DNA of 64,000 nucleotides from Salpingoeca rosetta (taxonomy: Eukaryota > Protista > Choanoflagellata), in contig JAWQFM010000013.1 in NCBI GenBank assembly GCA_033442325.1, forward strand, positions 396,069-460,068, written 5' to 3'. Of this stretch, positions 57,679 through 64,000 are shown piece by piece; position 1 is the stretch's first letter, and each line of letters begins with the position of its first letter. A program made the translations under genes and the position numbers. The notes below the pieces were generated by a model that searched no databases, was not told the origin of the DNA, and saw nothing but the letters and a program-made list of their open reading frames with translations.

Positions 57679-58416
57679 GAGAGAGAACGAGGACACGGCT
57701 GCGAGCACCGCCATGGAGACGGAGGCTGATGACGCGCAAGAGACCGAGATGCGCGGTGACACCGCGGCCCCGTCCAGTACCACCACAACCAGCACAGCTA
57801 CCACAACGGCGGCCACTGCGAGTGCGCCTGCGACAGTCTTGTCTTCGAAGAAGACGCGAGCTGCGGTTGCGCGCAAGGGAGCGGTTGCGGCGGGCCGGAG
57901 CGACAAGGCGCCTATGTCATCGCCGCAGACGCCGTCACACCGCGCTGCAGCACGCGCACATGCACACGGGACACGCGCGCAGGAGACGCCGTCAACCTCG
58001 GACGCGTTTGGATCCAGGATTGGCCGGTCCACCAAGGTGATGATGGTGATTGTGGTGATGATGTTGTTGTTGTTGTTGCTGTTGTTGTTGTTGTTGTTGT
58101 TGTTGTTGTGTGCTGCTTCTTTGAAGGCAGACGAACATTCTTGACACATGCGCGTACGTGCGCGTCCGCTTTACGATCGTCTCGCCCCTTGAACCCCCTC
58201 CCCCTCCGCCTCTATTATTTCTTGCACTCTTCTCACATGCACAATTACATATTCTTCCCATGCGCACAGATGTCGCTGCTTGCCAAGTTTGGTGCGTCGG
58301 CGGCGACAAGCGGTGTGGAATGGAAGCACGGCCTCGCGTCACTTGACCAGAACTCAAAGCGCCCAAAGGTACAGCGGTTACATGTACATGTGTGTGTTGA
58401 TGGCTGTTTGGGTTGA
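53736..58416 (+). CDS. MYB: Animal-type Myb transcription factor (R2R3 repeats, long disordered C-terminus); start and last exon approximate
   Basis: IIKGAWTKK|EDDKVRELVKKHGAKHWSLIAKELPGRVGKQCRER|WHNHLKPSIKKGPWTQEED...LGNKWAEIAKRLPGR|TDNNVKNRWNSTMRK. Confidence 0.9.
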
Positions 58417-59899
58417 TGAATCGACATCACTGATGGATAGGCTCACGTACCGACATGCATGAGCATGCGTGCGTGTCTGGTGAAGCTTGTGCGCATGCAC
58501 TCATCACCGTCATGACACACCCACACCATCCACGCCACCAATTTGCCACCACCTTTCCTCAATCAGGTTGCGGCATCGCCCACGCGTCGTGCTGCCCAGC
58601 ATCGCACGTGAATGCAAATGCAATTCAGCTGCATAGACACCATCAAAGTGCATGCTTTTCTGTCCACCACTGGCTGGTCCGGGGAACAGCCGTGCCCATT
58701 TGCGTTGATTTTTGTTGGGGTGGAGCCATCCATTTTTCCTTTCTTCACCAAACGCGTTTTGTGTGGTTTTGAAGTATGACTGCGTTTGCACTTTCTACCA
58801 TCATTGCGTAGTGCATCCCTTTTGTTGTCACTTGCTCGCCGATGAGTTGCGCCTGATTTCATACTCCAAATGCATTCGTTTATTCTTGGCACCGCCCAAC
58901 CGGCCCCCTTGTCAGCATCTTTGTTCCTTCATGCGCCTGCGTCTGCTTTCTCTTTCTTTGCTTTCGCTTCCACCATGCCTTTCTTCCCTTCTTTTTTCTT
59001 TCTTTCTGTTCACTGCCTCCTAATTGTATATGCGGCGCGCATGCCTATGTGAATGGTTTGTGTCTGTGTGTGTGTGTGTGTGTCTGTCTGTCTGTCACTT
59101 TAATGTTGCGTCGATGGCTGTGTTGTGTATTTTGTGGTGTGTGCGCGTTTTCTTGTTTTTCAGCCTTGGTGCCAGCACGCACAACCGCTGCTTGCTGTTG
59201 CTGCCCTTGCTTTCTGCTGTTCAATGTCACCGCTCTTGTTCCTTTTGTATGCGGTGCTGCTGTGCGCTGCTTTGTTCATGCAGCGCGCAAACCAGGGTGC
59301 GATTGTTTTAACACCCATGTCATGCCACACATGCCGTATGTGAGCGTGCACCCCCGGCTTTGCCCGTGCAACACACGAGTTTTCGATGCACATCAATGCC
59401 TGTTGTCTTCTTCATCCATTTTTTGTACCTGCACACCCCACCTGCTTTCCGTTCCTCTGTTCCTAATGACACATGCAATGACAATGGCCCGACGTGAAGG
59501 CACCAATGGAGACGTGTGTGTGGGGGGGGGGGCAAAACGCGACGGCGGGGTGTCATGGGTTGTTTAATGGGCGATTTATTGCAAGCAATCGCTTGCAGAA
59601 GAGGCGGGTTGTGTGTTTGCGTGCGAGAGAAACTCGAAATCCCGAGCATGCAACACGAAAGCAACCGCACCGAGAAACAAAAGGCACGCTCACAGCACAT
59701 AAATTGAACCAACCAACCCACAACAGCAAGCCTTCATCCAAAGTCACAAAGAAAAACCACAAGTACACGCAAGGCGTGGTGATGTGTGCACATGTGTAGG
59801 TGTGCATTTGTATGTGTGTATGCGTGCGTCCGTACCGGTGTGTGTGTGTGTGTATGTGTATGTGTGTGTAAACCAGTGTGTGTGTGTGTGTGTGTGTGC

Positions 59900-60926
59900 C
59901 TATGGCTCGGGCCCGACGTAGCCCTTGCCGCGGAAGAGGATTCGGCAACGGACATTTGAGTCGAGGGCCTCAAGCTCCGACTTGACCTGCTCAATGTGGT
60001 CAGCCTCAAGGTCAACAACCAGGTACCTGTTGGGTCGAGGGTGGGGGCACGCATGGAACAAGTTGGGCATTGGGGTTAAGGGGGTGAGGAGGAGGAAAGA
60101 GATGCACGTGACGTGCTTGAATGTGTGTGAAACTTGGTAGCGGGGACAAATTCAGCAGATACACACATACACACATGTCCACACACATGTCCACACACAT
60201 GTCCACACACATGCACACACACACATGTCCACACACACACACACACATGTACATGCACACACCCGATGCGTTCGGACGTCTCGAGCTGTTGGGAGGAGAT
60301 GTTTGCGATGGAGAGGATCCTGTTGATGTCACGAAGGACACCGGGGGTGTTGATGTGGAACGACAGCACGCGCGACTGGCCAGGCTGCAGCTTGCGTGTC
60401 ACATTCACTTCGGGCACGTTGACGGCAGAGAGGGTGGATCCGTGGTTGATGTAGGCAATGAGCTTGCTCGCCACCTCCCGACCAATGCTGGCCTGGGCCT
60501 CCTCCGTCGACCCGCCAATGTGCGGGGTGAGGATGGTGTTGGGGCAGCCCTGCAGGCACACGGCCCAGTCCTTGGTGTGGCCGGCGGGCTCCGAGGGAAA
60601 CACGTCAAAGGCAGCGCCGGCGAGATGGCCAGAGCGCAGCGCAGCAGCAGCCGCCTCAATGTCGACCACAGACCCGCGGGCATAGTTGATGAGGTAGCTC
60701 CCGGCTTTCATCTGTTGCAGGGGGGTGGTTGTGTGAATCGGCGTGTGTTGGCGTGTTGTGAAGGAGGGGAGGGTGATGCAAATGGATTTTGCACCCACAT
60801 GCATGTCAACGAGCGTGTCGCAACACCAAACACACAATGTACAAAAAGCACCCAACGCACACACACGCACACACGCACACACACACGCACACACGCACAC
60901 ACGCACGCACACACGCACACACACAC

Positions 60927-60962
<36 letters not shown>

Positions 60963-62310
60963 GTGCGATGCGCTCTGCGTTCATGAGGTTCTTGGTGGAC
61001 TCGTCTGCGGGGACGTGGAGGGAGACAAAGTCAGACACTTCCAGCAGCTCCTCCATAGTGGGCACCTGGGATGCGTTGCCAAGACACAGCTTGGGCTCAA
61101 TGTCGTAGAAGATGACACGCATGCCCATGGCCTCTGCCAGCACGGACAGCTGCGAGCCAACGTGACCATAGCCAACAACGCCAAGCGTCTTCCCGCGCAC
61201 TTCGTAGCACCTGCAACAACATCCAGCAACAAAGCAGTGAGCGTGTGAACAACAATACCCACGTGTGTGGAGGGGAGGGGAGGGGGGCATGAGTCGACCG
61301 TTCTCGTTGCATGGCTGTGAGCTGTGTGCGTGTGCATGTCTGAGTAGGGGTTGGGCTCCCTGTTTTGGGGGAAAGAGACGAGGATGGAACGTGGTTGATA
61401 CGCCGACTCACTACTCACTCACTACCTTGCCTTCATCTGGCTCCACTTGATGGTTGCCACAACGAACTTCTGCCTCCTGTGCACTGACCGTCACAGCCAC
61501 CTCCTGCTCCCCTCATCCTGTGACAATCACCTCAGTTCCTCCCGGTCACTTCACTTCACGGCTGCCTCCCGCCTTCCCTTTCCTCATCGTTCACTCCCCT
61601 GGACTTTTCTCGAACCCCCTGTTCCCCCCCCCCCAATTCAAGCCCGCAGCGTGCGTGTGCGTACTGACCCGACTGAGCGCTTGTTCCATTCACCGGCGTG
61701 CATCTCCTTGTTGCGGTCGCTGGCCTGGCGCGCAAGCGTGATGATGTTGGCGATGACCAGCTCGGAGACGCTGCGCGTGTTAGCGTAGGGTGCGTTAAAG
61801 ACGGGGATGCCCTTGGTGGCTGCCAGCTTGAGGTCGGTTTGGTCGGTTCCAATGCAGAAGCAGCCGACGGCGACGAGCTTGTCCGCCGCCTCCAGAACGC
61901 GCGATGTGAGCTTGGTCTTGCTTCTCACACCGATGATGTGCACGCCCTTCATGGCCTCAATCAGGTCGTCCTCGCCGTACTTCACCTGTGATTGGACGAC
62001 ATGGGATGTGAGAAGAGGGGGGTAGGTAGGTAGGCGCACAGCAGGTGACGAAGGTGATGAGCAGCAGCAGCGGTAGCAAGTCGCAGGTACAGTCGCCGTC
62101 ATACGTCACACACAGTGTCCCCACCAGGATCACGACGCAAGCAAGCAAGCAAGCAAGCAGCAACAGCCATAGAAAGCACAGTGGACTCACAGCCTGCTTG
62201 ACGGTGTAGCCTTCAGCCTCGAATGTCTTGACAGCATCTTGGCTGATCTTCTCCATCAGCAGCACGGTGATGCGAGAAGGGTGAATGCGGTCAAGGTTCG
62301 CCGACGACAT
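59900..62310 (-). CDS. serA: D-3-phosphoglycerate dehydrogenase (SerA/SER33 type with ACT domain), multi-exon
   Basis: GVRSKTKLT, GCFCIGTDQ, FNAPYANTRSVSE, GKTLGVVGYGHVG, DVFPSEP, TPHIGGSTEEAQ, HINTPGVL; ends RILFRGKGYVGPEP*. Confidence 0.97.
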
Positions 62311-63278
62311 GGTGCTGTCTGCTTCTCTTGGCTCTGTTGAGGGTGCGTGGCGGTGATGAGCAGTCGATGCTGAGTGTGGAAAATGAGCCGTTGCTGTTGT
62401 TGTTTGCCGTCTGCTGTTAGTGGTGTGTTGGTGGTGCGTTGATGCGACATGACACACGACAGACACACACACCACAGTGTTCATTTCATGCGTGGTGCGA
62501 ACGCAAAAAACAACAACAACAACCACACAAACAAACAAAAGCAGCCACTTCTTGCGTTGTTTGTCGTGCCACCGCAGCTGTGACACGTACGCATGGATGT
62601 TGTTTATGTGTTGGTGGTTGGTTAGTTGGTTGGCCAAAGAGGTGTTGCTTCTGCTGCTGCTGCTGCCTTCTTCGTTCGTTCAGTGGCGCGGACGAGTGTC
62701 CGGTGGCAACGTCATTGGGAAGTCATCCATCGCTGCACACAACCTGTGATTCCAGTGATTCGATGTACATGTAATGAACCCTTTTCGACAATCTGCAGGC
62801 ATCTTCATATATTTTTCGTGGATGAATCTATGACTCGCACATAACCGAGAGGCAATGCCTGACTATCCACCACACCCAACAATTTGGGTTGGTGCTTTTT
62901 TTGGGTATTTTTTTTTCTTGTCGTGTCTGTTTTTGGCCCCTCCCCCTCCTCCTCTCTTCTGTCTTCTTTGGCAGCAGACCACCACGGCGCCGTCGCCAAA
63001 CAACACAACTTGCTTGCTTGCTTGTTTCCTTCTGGCTTGCCTGGTGCACACTCAGCACACTCAGCACACTCTCTGCACACGAACCTCGGAGACAGGACTT
63101 CCTCTCTCTCTCTCTCTCTCCTCTTGTCTGTTTTTCTTCCCACAGCTGCTACTTTGCAGTGACTTGCACAGCACCCCGTCTTGTCATTTTATTTGTTGCA
63201 GTCGCTGGGGTAATCACAACGACACACAAACAAACACAGCACACCACACACACACACACACACACACACAAGACCATC

Positions 63279-64000
63279 ATGACAGAGTACCGGCTCGTCG
63301 TTGTTGGAAGTGCGTGCCGCTGTGCTGTGCCTTGGGGCTTGATGAGAGGGGAACGCTTGCTGTCGCGTGCACACTGCGCGCATGCTGTCTGCTGTGTGTT
63401 TGGTGTGGGTGGGTGTGAGATGTGGTGAGGAAAGACAGTCGTTTGTGATGTGATGACGGAAGAGAAGATGCGGGAGAGGCATCGCCATCGATGTGATTGC
63501 GGCAGGATAGCACTCAACCGCAATGCTCACTTGTATGCGTGGCTTGTTTCCGTTGTTTCTGTGCGTGTGCTTGTGCGTGTGCAGCTGGTGGCGTGGGAAA
63601 GTCTGCGCTTACCATCCAGCTCATCCAACAACAGTAAGTGATGGACGACAGAGAGAGAGAGTGTGTGTGTGTGTGTGTGTGGAAACACGAGAGTGCTGGT
63701 GTGCCGTCTTGCTTGAATGTCTGCGTCGAATCGTGGGCTTTGGTCACCGCCACTGTCATCTCAATCTCATGTGTTGTTTGTGATGACCTCACCCTCCTGC
63801 GTCCAGCTTCGTCACCGAGTATGATCCAACCATCGGTATGTCATGCCGCCATGAGGCCACGCCATGATGCCCATGTGCATGCATTTGAATATGAATGCGA
63901 ATCACTGTCTGCAGAGCAGCCGTGCTGTGGCTGCTTGCCCTTGTCACATGTGGAACGGAGAACTCACCATCATGTACCCATGCATCTGCGGCTCTATGAT
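63279..64000 (+). CDS. RAS: Ras GTPase (H/K/N-Ras-like), first three exons; continues beyond the window
   Basis: Spliced sequence MTEYRLVVVG(T)GGVGKSALTIQLIQQ(H)FVTEYDPTI. Confidence 0.95.

Noticed and set aside
62696-62710. RFX X-box-like GTGTCCGGTGGCAAC between PHGDH and Ras
   Set aside because: Single imperfect site next to non-ciliary genes; GGCAAC half-sites are common in this window.
63279-63600. Ras P-loop variant (Thr11)
   Set aside because: G12, G13 and GKS are intact, and position 11 varies among Ras-family proteins.

Overview
Gene-dense, intron-rich eukaryotic DNA full of (CA)n/(GT)n microsatellites. The style and gene content suggest a choanoflagellate, probably Salpingoeca rosetta (inferred, not confirmed). 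In order: the 3' part of RTEL1 helicase (+); a probably domesticated Sailor/IS630-Tc1-type transposase gene (-); the 3' part of an RSPH14-like ARM gene (-); a ~13.4 kb receptor tyrosine kinase (C-type lectin, Cys-rich repeats, PAN, cadherin-like, HYR, TM, TyrK, Tyr-repeat tail, CAP-Gly) (+); a gene built from 270-bp and 120-bp tandem arrays encoding about 24 Mn (SAXO-type) motifs (-); a SERTA-like ORF (+); CutA (+); C9orf72 (-); an AF4/FMR2 (AFF)-like scaffold (-); a small membrane protein (+); ASF1 (+); MRPL10 (-); a young IS630-like DNA transposon with 173/172-bp TIRs, DD52E spacing and a non-TA target duplication; fumarase (+); an R2R3 animal-type Myb (+); SerA-type PHGDH (-); and the 5' end of Ras (+). 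There are three N gaps. The best leads are the atypical transposon, the domesticated transposase, the Mn-repeat protein, the AFF-like protein, the 5'-(GT)n/3'-(CA)n polarity of introns, and E2F-site clusters upstream of ASF1 and Myb. All homology calls come from motif recognition by eye; no searches were run.
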